A DNA stretch of 64,000 nucleotides from an uncultured Dehalococcoidia bacterium (GCA_964640295.1 CAZXFX010000005.1:21497-85496); one strand, 5' to 3'; positions 45,917 to 55,664 are shown, counted from the stretch's first letter. Numbers and translations are program-made. Notes: a model not told the origin generated them from the sequence alone.

Positions 45917-48115
45917 GTGAAATCGCCAACTAAATCCGATACCCTCAACACGATCTCCTCCCAGTGGAATGGCGCGTTGTCCGAACTCGATTCGTCCGCC
46001 ATCGCCATGATAGAGTGTATGGTGGAAGGGCAAGCCGCCTATGGCGAAGTGCGGATGCGCGTCGAGGAATCCGTGGCAGGCTGGCGGGTCGGAGTATCCA
46101 CTGACGCCAGATCCAATTCCTTGCCGCTGGTGGCCGGCCTGCTCACTTCCAACGGGCTCGATATCCGACAGGCCGACATCTTCACGCTCAGAACTGCCCC
46201 CCGTCCGACTCGCCAACTGCGTCGCCGTCCCACGTCTTCGCGCTACCGGTCGCGCAGGCTCCGAAAGGGAGCGTCAGGCCATATCACGCGAGGCGCGCAT
46301 CGTCGTATCGTCATGATGTTCGAGCTAACTGAGCGCGCCGCCATTCCGAGTTGGGACAAGATTGAAAGCGACATCAGAACGGTCGCCAAACAGGCTCTCT
46401 CGGGCCGCATAGAGTCTGCGATGTCCGATGTGATAGACCGCTTCGCCCAAGCCATGAGAGACGCGGGACAGGGCGGCGACGACCAGCTTCCTCTGGATAT
46501 TCACACCGACGTCGCCTCTTCGGAACGCCATACTCTTATAACCATCAGTTCGCTTGACACGCCCGGATTCCTGTTTTCATTCACCAACGCTCTCTCCAGC
46601 ATACACGTCAACATAGCTCGCGCCACCATACGAACCCATGGCGATGTTGTCGAGGACACCTTCTGGCTTACCGACTCGTCCGGCAACAAGATCGAAGACG
46701 ACCACAGGCTAACTCAACTGTGGGTGGCCGCCGCGCTCATCAAGCAGTTCACCTACCATCTCCCAGTCGCCCCCGACCCCGCCCTGGCGCTGCGTCAGTT
46801 CAATTCTCTGACTTCTCAACTGCTCTCGATGCGCGACTGGACTTCCAAACTGCGCGATCTGGGTTCGCCCGATGTCATGCAGACGCTCGCCATGATGATG
46901 GGGGCGAGTCGCTTTCTGTGGGAAGACTTCCTCAGGATGCAGCACGACAACCTGTTCCCGGTTCTGCTCGACGCCGAATCGCTGGATGAGTCAATGTCGC
47001 TCCGCCAATTGGAACTGTCTGTCGCTTCAGAACTCGAATCTTGCGAATCGCTGGATGAGCGCGCGCGCGTCCTGAACGATTTCAAGGACCGACAGATGTT
47101 CAGGGTTGACCTGCGCTATATCACGGACAGGGTTGACCTCAAGCAATTCTCGCGCGAACTCACCAGCGTTGCCGACGCCCTCGTCAGAAAGGCGTTCGCG
47201 ATTAGCTATGACGCGGTCTCCGAACGGCGCGGCGTTCCGCGCTTAGGCGACGGCTCCGCCTGCGGGTGTGGCATATTCGCGCTGGGCAAGTTCGGCGGGC
47301 GAGACATGGGTTTCGGCTCGGATATCGAGTTGCTATTCGTCTATGAATCCGAAGGCATGAGCGACGGACAAGATTCCGTTCGCAATTCCACATTCTTCGA
47401 GGAAGTCGCAAGAGAGTTCCTGGGCGTTCTCGAGATACGACCGCAGGGAACCTTCGAGATTGATATGCGTCTGCGCCCTTATGGGAGCAAAGGTCCGCTG
47501 ATGTCCTCGCTTGCCGCTTTCCAGAATTATTATTCGCCGGATGGCGGCGCTCGCCAATTCGAGCGTCTCGCGTTGGCGCGGATGCGTCCCGTATCCGGAG
47601 ACGAGGAGCTGATTCGAGCCGTCATGTCGGCGCGCGATGAATTCGTCTATTCAGAGGAGCCGCTGGACGTGGACGACATCCTGCATCTTCGCCGCAGGCA
47701 GGCCAGCGAACTGGTGAAGAGGGGGGACGTGAACGCCAAGCTGAGCCCGGGCGGCGTCGTGGACATAGAGTATTATGTACAGGCGTGGCAGATAGCGCGG
47801 GGCAGGGAAGACCGACGCCTGCGCCTCACCAACACCTTGGAAGCCGTCGAGGCGCTGCGCTCCAAGGGACATCTGAGCGACACGCTCGCCGGTGGCCTGA
47901 GCGAGTCCTACACGCTTCTTCGCAAGCTCATAGACGGGTTGCGAGTCGTGCGCGGAAACGCCAAAGACCTGAACATACCGGCGCGCGACTCCAATGAGTT
48001 CCAGCGACTGGCGCATCGCATATCAGAGATCGGCTCAGATCACCTCAGCGCCCATGTCGCAGACCACATGGGCTTCGCCAGGCGCGTCTGGGAAGACTAC
48101 CCGCCGCCGCGCTAG
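45917..48115 (+). CDS. GlnE-like nucleotidyltransferase with N-terminal ACT-like domains
   Basis: The C-terminal half has FALGKFGGRDMGFGSDIELLFVYE and FEIDMRLRPYG (glutamine-synthetase adenylyltransferase-type NTase). The N-terminal half has two ACT-like units (WRVGVSTDARSNSLPLVAGLLTSNGLDIRQADIFT; HTLITISSLDTPGFLFSFTNALSSIHVNIARATIRTHGDVVEDTFWL). GTG start. Confidence 0.8.
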   Translation: MKSPTKSDTLNTISSQWNGALSELDSSAIAMIECMVEGQAAYGEVRMRVEESVAGWRVGVSTDARSNSLPLVAGLLTSNGLDIRQADIFTLRTAPRPTRQLRRRPTSSRYRSRRLRKGASGHITRGAHRRIVMMFELTERAAIPSWDKIESDIRTVAKQALSGRIESAMSDVIDRFAQAMRDAGQGGDDQLPLDIHTDVASSERHTLITISSLDTPGFLFSFTNALSSIHVNIARATIRTHGDVVEDTFWLTDSSGNKIEDDHRLTQLWVAAALIKQFTYHLPVAPDPALALRQFNSLTSQLLSMRDWTSKLRDLGSPDVMQTLAMMMGASRFLWEDFLRMQHDNLFPVLLDAESLDESMSLRQLELSVASELESCESLDERARVLNDFKDRQMFRVDLRYITDRVDLKQFSRELTSVADALVRKAFAISYDAVSERRGVPRLGDGSACGCGIFALGKFGGRDMGFGSDIELLFVYESEGMSDGQDSVRNSTFFEEVAREFLGVLEIRPQGTFEIDMRLRPYGSKGPLMSSLAAFQNYYSPDGGARQFERLALARMRPVSGDEELIRAVMSARDEFVYSEEPLDVDDILHLRRRQASELVKRGDVNAKLSPGGVVDIEYYVQAWQIARGREDRRLRLTNTLEAVEALRSKGHLSDTLAGGLSESYTLLRKLIDGLRVVRGNAKDLNIPARDSNEFQRLAHRISEIGSDHLSAHVADHMGFARRVWEDYPPPR

Positions 48116-48124
48116 GCCCGCACA

Positions 48125-48613
48125 TTATTCGGCATCGTCTAAAATGCGTTCTATGTTCACGTTGGACGGCATTTGAAACAGGAAGCGCGTTTGGCGGCCA
48201 ACATTGGTAATGACAAAGTCGCCCATAGTAATGATGTCCATTCCAATCAATACCTCTACGCCGCCTGACAGTCTGCACTCGGCAACTGTTATGTCTCTGA
48301 TAGTTACGCCATTCGGCAATCCGATGTCCACCATGAACATTCTCACCTCGATTTGCCCATCTACATGAAAGAGTATATCCCGGCCAATTGGGCGTAGGCT
48401 GCATGACCGGACTACTTCCGGGGATATAACGCTGCTTGTGGCGCCTGTATCCCAGATGGCGTGAAAGCGATTCTCCTTAGGTGGTTCGCGACGCGACTCA
48501 GTATATTCAAGTGGCCTCGCGCCCCGCGAGATAATGCATTCGCTTGCCACTTCCCTCTGAAGGCCGCCATATTCAATAGTGAAGGTATTAAACGGCGATG
48601 TTTCTCTATTCAA
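48125..48613 (-). CDS. Retropepsin-like (clan AA) aspartic protease
   Basis: HAIWDTGATSSVIS active-site motif and a downstream LIGMDII motif. 162 aa. Confidence 0.8.
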   Translation of the reverse strand: MNRETSPFNTFTIEYGGLQREVASECIISRGARPLEYTESRREPPKENRFHAIWDTGATSSVISPEVVRSCSLRPIGRDILFHVDGQIEVRMFMVDIGLPNGVTIRDITVAECRLSGGVEVLIGMDIITMGDFVITNVGRQTRFLFQMPSNVNIERILDDAE

Positions 48614-48858
48614 GGCAGCCTAATCCGAGAGTGGAGTGTGAGTGTGTATGCTTCGTTCCCTTCGCTTACCCTCTGGATAAGGAACGTTCCCAACTCAAAC
48701 TTCTTCTGCATCTCCCTCACAGCTTCCGCCTCGTTCTCAAAGACTCCGATAACGTTCTCATCTACGATGGCGATCACCATTCCGTCATGTTGCGCTACGA
48801 GTTCGTCTTGATGTTCTAGATAGTAGTGGAATTCCTTTTTCAAGTCGTCAGTAGTCAT
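48610..48858 (-). CDS. Small hypothetical protein coupled to the aspartic protease
   Basis: 82 aa from ATG 48858 (MTTDDLKKEFHYYLEHQDELVAQHDGMVIAIVDENVIGVFENEAEAVRE...). Its stop overlaps the protease start by 4 nt. The ORF-track N-terminal extension is unlikely. Confidence 0.6.
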   Translation of the reverse strand: MTTDDLKKEFHYYLEHQDELVAQHDGMVIAIVDENVIGVFENEAEAVREMQKKFELGTFLIQRVSEGNEAYTLTLHSRIRLP

Positions 48859-48986
48859 CACAATGCACCCCCACATAGTAAACCATGCAACGAGCCAACA
48901 TATTCGCGCGTCAACCGGGACGTAAGGAATTCGAGTCCCGGACACATCCGATTATCGCATCTTTACAACATTCGTCGCTAGACACT

Positions 48987-49418
48987 TCAAAATCGCCTGC
49001 GTCGCGCCGCCGCAACCAGGTCGAACGCTATCGGGACGGCGTTGCCGCCAATCAGCGCTCCCCATACCAGGTTTCCCAACTCCGGTATGCCCGGCATACC
49101 CGCCATGATGTAAACGCCCCTGCCGTACTCCAGTCCCGCCCACGCGCCCAACACTCCCGCGACGACTCCAACACCCATCCTGACCGTCAACTGTCTTCGC
49201 GTAAGCTCCAGCATCCACGAACTGGACGACGCTCCAATGGCTACCCCTATGCCAATCGCCAGGACGTTCATTACTTCGTCGAACAGCGGAGTGACCAGAA
49301 AGAACGAGTGCATGATGAAGCGCGCCATCACCCAACTCACGAAACCCGTTATGCACGAGAAGAATACGCCGGCGCAGGTACGGAACAGAAACCAGGCTAG
49401 TCCAACAGAAGGCAACAT
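48987..49418 (-). CDS. Hypothetical integral membrane protein
   Basis: 143 aa, about 4 hydrophobic helices, AGGAGG RBS directly upstream of ATG 49418. Confidence 0.6.
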   Translation of the reverse strand: MLPSVGLAWFLFRTCAGVFFSCITGFVSWVMARFIMHSFFLVTPLFDEVMNVLAIGIGVAIGASSSSWMLELTRRQLTVRMGVGVVAGVLGAWAGLEYGRGVYIMAGMPGIPELGNLVWGALIGGNAVPIAFDLVAAARRRRF

Positions 49419-49466
49419 ATTCCTCCTGAGAACTCAAGGAGAGCGAGTCGCTCCATTCCGCGTCGG

Positions 49467-50393
49467 CTATGTCTGGCGCAGGCGCGGATCGAGATGGTCG
49501 CGCAGCCAGTCCCCCGTAAAGTTGAGCGACATCACCGTCAGGAATATGGCGAGGCCGGGCCAGAACGAAATCCACCACGCTATCCGCAGGTCGTTTTGCC
49601 CTTCACCCACCATCAGTCCCCACGCGGCGACATTGGACGGGAGGCCTGCTCCGAGGAATGTGAGCGTTGCTTCAGCCAGAATCAGGCCGCCCACATTCAA
49701 TGTCGCGATCACCACGATTGTATTCACTACGCCCGGCAGAATGTGCTTGTACATGATATAGAAGGGAGACGCTCCAGCTACTCTGGCGAGCGCCACGTAG
49801 TCGCGTTCCTTCAGCGACAGCACTTCAGCGCGCACATTGCGAACGAACGGACTCCACGCAGTCAGCGCGAGAACCAGCATCATAACCGTAAGCGTCTGAC
49901 CAAGAACTATTACTACCACAAGCGCTACCAGCAGGAAGGGCAGAGCGTACCAGATATCTACTATCCGGGCGATGATCTCATCAATTATCCCGCCATACCA
50001 GCCGCCAATAAGACCTAAGGTAGAACCAACCAGAATCCCGCTCACCAAAGACACGGTCGCTACCATCAATGATATGCGAGCGCCATAGATGATGCGACTT
50101 AATATATCGCGACCTAAGTTATCTGCGCCGAGTATGTACTCCGTATTGCTCTCTACTCGCTTTTCCACTCTCTCTTCAGTAGCCCAAATCGGAGGTACGT
50201 ACTGGTGCCTCAGGGACTGTTTTAGCGGCTCCTTTGGCGCCAGCCACGGCGCGAATACAGCGAAAATCGCCATAACTGTAAGAATGAACATCGGAATAAT
50301 TGGCCATCTGCGGAACACAAGCCAAGCGCGCCACAAGCGGTTGCGCTGCCGTTGCTCGAGCTGAGCTTCGAATGCTATGCCTTCGTTTATCAT
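49467..50393 (-). CDS. ABC peptide-type permease (DppC/OppC-like)
   Basis: 308 aa, with the N-terminal OppC-type extension and a BPD-transport core (ERDYVALARVAGASPFYIMYKHILP). Confidence 0.9.
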   Translation of the reverse strand: MINEGIAFEAQLEQRQRNRLWRAWLVFRRWPIIPMFILTVMAIFAVFAPWLAPKEPLKQSLRHQYVPPIWATEERVEKRVESNTEYILGADNLGRDILSRIIYGARISLMVATVSLVSGILVGSTLGLIGGWYGGIIDEIIARIVDIWYALPFLLVALVVVIVLGQTLTVMMLVLALTAWSPFVRNVRAEVLSLKERDYVALARVAGASPFYIMYKHILPGVVNTIVVIATLNVGGLILAEATLTFLGAGLPSNVAAWGLMVGEGQNDLRIAWWISFWPGLAIFLTVMSLNFTGDWLRDHLDPRLRQT

Positions 50394-50433
50394 GGACGGC
50401 CTCTTTGGTTATCTAGGGTTGAATGATTCTCTT

Positions 50434-51384
50434 TTACGAGTATCGTATCCTCGGGTCGGCCCATGCGTAGAGCATATCCGCCACGAAGTTCATGATGAGA
50501 TAGATTATGGTGAAAATGAAGATAGCGCCTGTAAGAAGCGGAAAGTCGTTATTGCCGACCGCTTCCACTAGCGCCACACGACCAAGTCCTGGCCACGCGA
50601 ACACTACCTCAGCAACCACCGCGCCGTTCATAAGTCCTGCCAGCAGCAGCGCGGACAGCGTTAGCGGCGGTATCAGCGCGTTCTTGAAAGCGTGCTTCCA
50701 GACTACCGCGCTGGTGCTTGCCCCTTTCGCCCGCGCCAACTTTACGAACTCAGAGTCCAATACCTCCAGCATCGCCGACCGAGTTATTCGCAGGTATCCG
50801 GCCGCCGCGCCCCAGCCTATGGTAATAGTTGGCAGTATGAAATGCTGTATGTGGAACCCGTTTGGATCATCTGACGGAGCCTTGAACGCGGCAGGCAACA
50901 GCTCCCATGTCACTGAAAATAGCAGCACAAGCATTACGCCGACCCAAAAGGCCGGCAGCGCTTGACCAAACAGCGCCACGCTCCTGCCTAAATAGTCCCA
51001 TACGGTGCCGCGCTTCACCGCGGACAGCACCCCTAGCGGAACGCCTATTATCGTAGCGAACAGCCAGCCTGCAAACGCCAACTGGAATGTGTTCCATATC
51101 TTTTCTTGTATTACTTCGATTACAGGACGCTCAGCAAGCAGCGTACGCCCCAAATCGCCTTGAGCTAACTGCCAAACCCACCTTAGATACTGTATTACCA
51201 ATGGCCTGTCAGTTCCGAGTTTCTTGCGAAGGTTATCCAGATAGTCTTCAGAGCCGTATCCCGCCGGCTTGGCGTATAGCAACACTGGGTCTCCCGCCAT
51301 CCTGGACAAGGCGAATACGAACGCAGTCGCTCCGATGAGCGATATGAACACGAAGGCAATTCTGCGAATCAGGAAAGAGGACAT
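50434..51384 (-). CDS. ABC peptide-type permease (DppB/OppB-like)
   Basis: 316 aa with MSSFLIRRIAFVFISLIGATAFVF and SEFVKLARAKGASTSAVVWKHAFKNA. Confidence 0.9.
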   Translation of the reverse strand: MSSFLIRRIAFVFISLIGATAFVFALSRMAGDPVLLYAKPAGYGSEDYLDNLRKKLGTDRPLVIQYLRWVWQLAQGDLGRTLLAERPVIEVIQEKIWNTFQLAFAGWLFATIIGVPLGVLSAVKRGTVWDYLGRSVALFGQALPAFWVGVMLVLLFSVTWELLPAAFKAPSDDPNGFHIQHFILPTITIGWGAAAGYLRITRSAMLEVLDSEFVKLARAKGASTSAVVWKHAFKNALIPPLTLSALLLAGLMNGAVVAEVVFAWPGLGRVALVEAVGNNDFPLLTGAIFIFTIIYLIMNFVADMLYAWADPRIRYS

Positions 51385-51480
51385 ATCTGGACTTTCTTTC
51401 TCTTAGAATTTCAACAGGGGTTACAAGATAGCTTTGATAATAGGTTTGTGGATACCCGCTAAATCAACCTTGTATCAATC

Positions 51481-51514
51481 AATAAAACAGGGCGGCGACT
51501 TTGCCGCCGCCCTG
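51481..51514 (-). terminator. Rho-independent terminator/attenuator after the binding-protein gene
   Basis: 10-bp GC stem cagggcggcg (51488-51497) / cgccgccctg (51505-51514). On the minus strand it is followed by TTTTATT. Confidence 0.7.
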
Positions 51515-51539
51515 CGTTAATCAGCTAACTACTAGCTGT

Positions 51540-53639
51540 CTATCTGCCAACGGGCACGATATCCTCAGGGTTGTTCCAAGTAGAGAACAACGCGGGATCC
51601 ATAGGCCACTCCGAGATTTTCTTCGGGTTGTATGCGATGGGAGACGGAACTCCAACCACGCCGAAGCTGACAGCGTGATCGAACAAGTACTGCGCCAAGG
51701 CGTTGTTCATCTCGATTTGCTTCGCCGGGTCAGGCTCGCCCGCGACTGCCAGCCAGGTGTCCGCCGCTTGCTTTATCTCCAGACCGCAACCGAAGCCGCC
51801 GCGCGTCAGCGAAGTGTGGTCCTGGGACTTCGGCCATTCCCAAGGCCATGTGCTCTTGCCGTCGTCGCAAGCGGTTATCCACGGCAATGTCGTAGCGCGA
51901 GCCACGATTGTGGGGCGATACACCGAGTATGCATACTTCTGAACTGCGGTTACTGCGCCAATCTCGTCCCAGAATCCTGAAACTGCGTCAGCAATATCTA
52001 CGAAGGCGCCATTGCTGTCGGTGTACAGAGGTATATCGAATCGCTTGCCATTCCTCTCAGGGTATCCAGCCTGGTCAAGAAGACGGCCAGCCTCGTCCGG
52101 ATCGTATGGATACTCCCATGCAGAGTTCCAGTTCGGGTTGTTTGGATTGAACTGGTTGAGGTAGATTGGCTGACCCAATCCGTTCAGAATCACTTCATTG
52201 ATCAAGTCGCGGTCAATCGCTCTCGCCAGAGCGTTTCGAACCAGGACGCCTTCCTCAAAGTCGGAACATCCATCCGGGCACTTTCCGCCATCATCTGGGC
52301 TGGGATTTCCAATCCATGGCAGGTCTCTCATATAGACTGCGGCGGTATCCAGCGAGTCGCCGGTTACTACGTGGTTGCTTTCCCACAGGTTGCCAGAGAA
52401 TACGACAGAGGCATGATTCGCAAGCCCTGTGTCAGCAGTCTTGAAACCACCTTCCAACATGCGCGGCAAATGCCTGAGCTGAATCGGAGCGGCGTCAATT
52501 TCGCCCGTCTCCATCAGCGCGATCTGCGTGTTCTGCTCACCCACTTCTCTGAAGACTATCCTGTCCACCTTCGAGTTGGCGTTCCAGTGGTCATAAGGGA
52601 CGGCTTCCAGGATCGCGGTATCATCCTGAACCCATTCCAGTATGTGCAGCGGGCCGGTGCCAATGAAGTTGGTGTCCTGCATCTCGGTCTTGCCGACTTC
52701 CTCAAAGCGGTGCAGGCTCTGTACGCTGAACGCCTGCGCCGCGTCGTTCATCAGGTTCGCATTCCAGCGCGGGTCGTATAGCGGATCGCCATTCTGCGTC
52801 GTGTTGAACGTAAGGCTTACCGTTGTGTCATCAACGGCGAGAGCCTCGTTGCTGCCGAACATCGCCGCGAAATCCCCCGCCTGCCAGTGAATGCTGTTCG
52901 GGTTGACTGCGTTGTTGCCGTCGTTGATGGTGAACGCGATGTCGTGCGCCGTCATCGGCCCCCAGCTTCCGCCTTCGTGGCTGCGGTCGCCAAGACCCTC
53001 GCCGTGGAATATCACGTCGTCGCGAATCGTGAGCGTCGCGCCTTCAGGCTGACCCGCGTCGTTGAATCTTAGCTCCCAGGCGCTTGCCAACATGGGAGCG
53101 ACAACACCGGGCGCCACGAACTTCATCGTGACTTCACCAACGCCCCAGTAGTGCATGGAGTCCGTCAACTGAGTGGACCCTAGTCCAACTCCGGGAGGAA
53201 CATCTGTGATGGCGATATTGATGGTGCCTGCGTCACCCCTTGGATCCGGCGCCGGCACTGCCGACACTATTTCCACGACAGGAGTCGGTGTAACGACGAG
53301 CTCGACCTCTTTGACGACCTCAACCTCGACAACCTTCTCAACCTCGACCTCTCTCACGACTTCCTTCTCGACCACGACGGTCTCGCCAGGAACGTTGACC
53401 TCTCTCACGACTTCCTTCTCGACCACCACGGTCTCGCCAGGAACCGTGACCTCTTTCACGACTTCCTTCTCGACCACCACGGTCTCGCCAGGAACCTCGA
53501 CTTCTTTAATCACTTCCTGCGTTACAATCTTCTCTACTTCGATTATCTCCGGGTCGCTCTGACACGCAACCGCGAACGCCAATGCGAACACAGCTATGAT
53601 CGGTATCAGTATCCCCGCCTTTCTCAGTCTTCCAAACAT
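51540..53639 (-). CDS. ABC substrate-binding lipoprotein, family 5, with repetitive linker
   Basis: 699 aa with signal plus Cys (FALAFAVAC), then three tandem 16-aa units VPGETVVVEKEVV(K/R)EV, then a large SBP_bac_5-type body. Confidence 0.88.
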   Translation of the reverse strand: MFGRLRKAGILIPIIAVFALAFAVACQSDPEIIEVEKIVTQEVIKEVEVPGETVVVEKEVVKEVTVPGETVVVEKEVVREVNVPGETVVVEKEVVREVEVEKVVEVEVVKEVELVVTPTPVVEIVSAVPAPDPRGDAGTINIAITDVPPGVGLGSTQLTDSMHYWGVGEVTMKFVAPGVVAPMLASAWELRFNDAGQPEGATLTIRDDVIFHGEGLGDRSHEGGSWGPMTAHDIAFTINDGNNAVNPNSIHWQAGDFAAMFGSNEALAVDDTTVSLTFNTTQNGDPLYDPRWNANLMNDAAQAFSVQSLHRFEEVGKTEMQDTNFIGTGPLHILEWVQDDTAILEAVPYDHWNANSKVDRIVFREVGEQNTQIALMETGEIDAAPIQLRHLPRMLEGGFKTADTGLANHASVVFSGNLWESNHVVTGDSLDTAAVYMRDLPWIGNPSPDDGGKCPDGCSDFEEGVLVRNALARAIDRDLINEVILNGLGQPIYLNQFNPNNPNWNSAWEYPYDPDEAGRLLDQAGYPERNGKRFDIPLYTDSNGAFVDIADAVSGFWDEIGAVTAVQKYAYSVYRPTIVARATTLPWITACDDGKSTWPWEWPKSQDHTSLTRGGFGCGLEIKQAADTWLAVAGEPDPAKQIEMNNALAQYLFDHAVSFGVVGVPSPIAYNPKKISEWPMDPALFSTWNNPEDIVPVGR

Positions 53640-54110
53640 ATACTACCTCCTGAGAGTTACCCTGCTATCCTCTGGCGCGGGCGGAACCATACGCTCCCCC
53701 GCCATTACAAATAGGCTGCTCAACGCCCCATTCAAGGCGCCTCGCAGACCTATGCCTCCATTCGCTTAACCAATATGGTAAGCGAATGGGATGCTACCAA
53801 ACCAATTATTATGTGTCAAACGAATACGCATCATGCTGGAATCTAATACATAGCCCCAGCAACGTGAAATATCTCACAAATTGCGGACTCAGGTCAAGTC
53901 TGCTTGGAATCTCGGAGCCCCTGTCAGTCAAGCCCGCGCTACACCTAAGTCTAAAGCCGCATCCCCTTCGATGGGTTCACAGGGTAGGCAAGCCAAGCCA
54001 GCCAGCCAATTCTAAATTGACCATTCCCTATTCACTATTCATCTCCCTTGCCCGCAGCGCCCGCTATTTGTAAACTCTCAATATCCTGATCCTGAAACTT
54101 GGATAGTCCC

Positions 54111-55250
54111 ATGAAGATAACCGGCATAAAGACCAACATTTTTTCATCCCAACACAAGAACGCTAAGAGAAACTGGCTAATTCTTCGTCTGCAAACCGAC
54201 GAAGGCATGGAGGGCATCGGCGAAGCCTCCATGCTCTCCTACGATCCTTTGGTCGCCAGCCTTCTGGAACAGTGGACCGAGTCATACCTCGTCGGCAAAG
54301 ACCCCATGGCGCACGAACTCCACTGGATGCGCATGCACCAGGACAACGCCGACCGCGGCGGCCGACTCTTCTCCACGGCGCTCTCCGGCATAGACATCGC
54401 GCTCTGGGACCTCAAAGGCAAAGCGCTCGGCGTTCCCATCTACCAACTGCTCGGCGGCCCCATCCGCGACCGAATACGAGTCTATGCCAACGGCTGGTAC
54501 ACCAACCCAGGCTCCCCCCAGCAGAACGCCGAGGAAGCGCTGCGGGTCGCCGAGATGGGCTACACCGCCATGAAGTTCGACCCCTTCGGCCAGCATAATT
54601 ACTACACCATTTCCCCGGAGGAAGCGCAACTCGCCGAGGACCGGGTGGCCGCCGTCAGAGACGCGGTCGGTCCCAACGTCGAGATACTCGTCGAGGTTCA
54701 CGCCAAGTTCAGCGTTTACACTGCTATCCATCTTGGACAAAGACTGGAAAAGTACAGGCCGTTCTGGTTTGAAGAGCCGACCTCTCAGGAGAATGTTGGC
54801 GAGATGGCGCAGGTGCGCCAAAATGTCAATATACCGATAGCCACCGGCGAGCGCCTCTACCTCAAGTTCCCGTTCTATGATCTCGTAAAGGCGGACGCCG
54901 TGGACATTCTTCAACCAGATATGTGCAACGCCGGCGGAATAACCGAACTCAAGAAGATCGCCGCCATCGCCGAGCCCAGACACGTTCTCATGGCCCCGCA
55001 CAACACCAACTCGGCTGTCGGAACGGTCGCCAGTTTCCATCTCGACGCCGCCACCCCCAATTTCCTGATCCAGGAATACCACGCCGAATTCTACGAGCCG
55101 CACTACTTCGATGTTTTCGACGGCCTTCCGCGTCAACGGGACGGATATGTCGAGTTGCCCACCGGACCCGGACTCGGTTTGACCTTCAACGAAGAAGTGG
55201 CGAACGCGCATCCCTACCTGCCGCTCACCCCCAGCGAGCGCGGCATATAG
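54111..55250 (+). CDS. Enolase-superfamily enzyme (mandelate racemase/muconate lactonizing family, sugar-acid dehydratase-like)
   Basis: MKITGIKTNIF..., GIGEAS, DIALWDLKGK, FWFEEP, IATGER and DILQPD motifs. ATG 54111 preferred over TTG 54099. Confidence 0.9.
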   Translation: MKITGIKTNIFSSQHKNAKRNWLILRLQTDEGMEGIGEASMLSYDPLVASLLEQWTESYLVGKDPMAHELHWMRMHQDNADRGGRLFSTALSGIDIALWDLKGKALGVPIYQLLGGPIRDRIRVYANGWYTNPGSPQQNAEEALRVAEMGYTAMKFDPFGQHNYYTISPEEAQLAEDRVAAVRDAVGPNVEILVEVHAKFSVYTAIHLGQRLEKYRPFWFEEPTSQENVGEMAQVRQNVNIPIATGERLYLKFPFYDLVKADAVDILQPDMCNAGGITELKKIAAIAEPRHVLMAPHNTNSAVGTVASFHLDAATPNFLIQEYHAEFYEPHYFDVFDGLPRQRDGYVELPTGPGLGLTFNEEVANAHPYLPLTPSERGI

Positions 55251-55286
55251 CGAGCGCGCTGAACGAATCCCGCGGGAGAGCTTGTC

Positions 55287-55592
55287 ATGACGACTACGAA
55301 TGAACAGCCCGGGCGTCCAGTCTGGAAAGACAGGATCGTTAAGAATCCACAGATACTGGCGGGCAAACCCACCGTGAAAGGCACCAGAATCTCGGTCGAA
55401 CTGATAACCGACCTTCTGAAGGGCGGACACTCAGAGGCCGAGATAATTGAGAATTATCCTCATATTACGCAGGAGGACATAGAAGCCTGCGTCCAGTATA
55501 AAGCTACCGGAGCCAAGCTATCCTATGTTACTTGGGCGGACATTGACGCCATCATGGATGGAACATATAAACCCAGCCCCGGGTCTCTATGA
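55287..55592 (+). CDS. DUF433 domain protein
   Basis: ILAGKPTVKGTRISVELITDLLKGGHSEAEIIENYPHITQEDIEACVQY is the DUF433 core. No PIN/DUF5615 partner lies adjacent. Confidence 0.75.
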   Translation: MTTTNEQPGRPVWKDRIVKNPQILAGKPTVKGTRISVELITDLLKGGHSEAEIIENYPHITQEDIEACVQYKATGAKLSYVTWADIDAIMDGTYKPSPGSL

Positions 55593-55664
55593 AAATACTC
55601 GCTGACCGGAATATAGCGCTATACTGTCTCTACATCTAACTTCTGCCTGTCCAAGGAGAAAGCA

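Noticed and set aside
54282-55430. 382-aa minus-strand ORF opposite the enolase-superfamily gene
   Set aside because: Shadow ORF with no motifs. The plus strand encodes a complete MR/MLE enzyme with all hallmark motifs.
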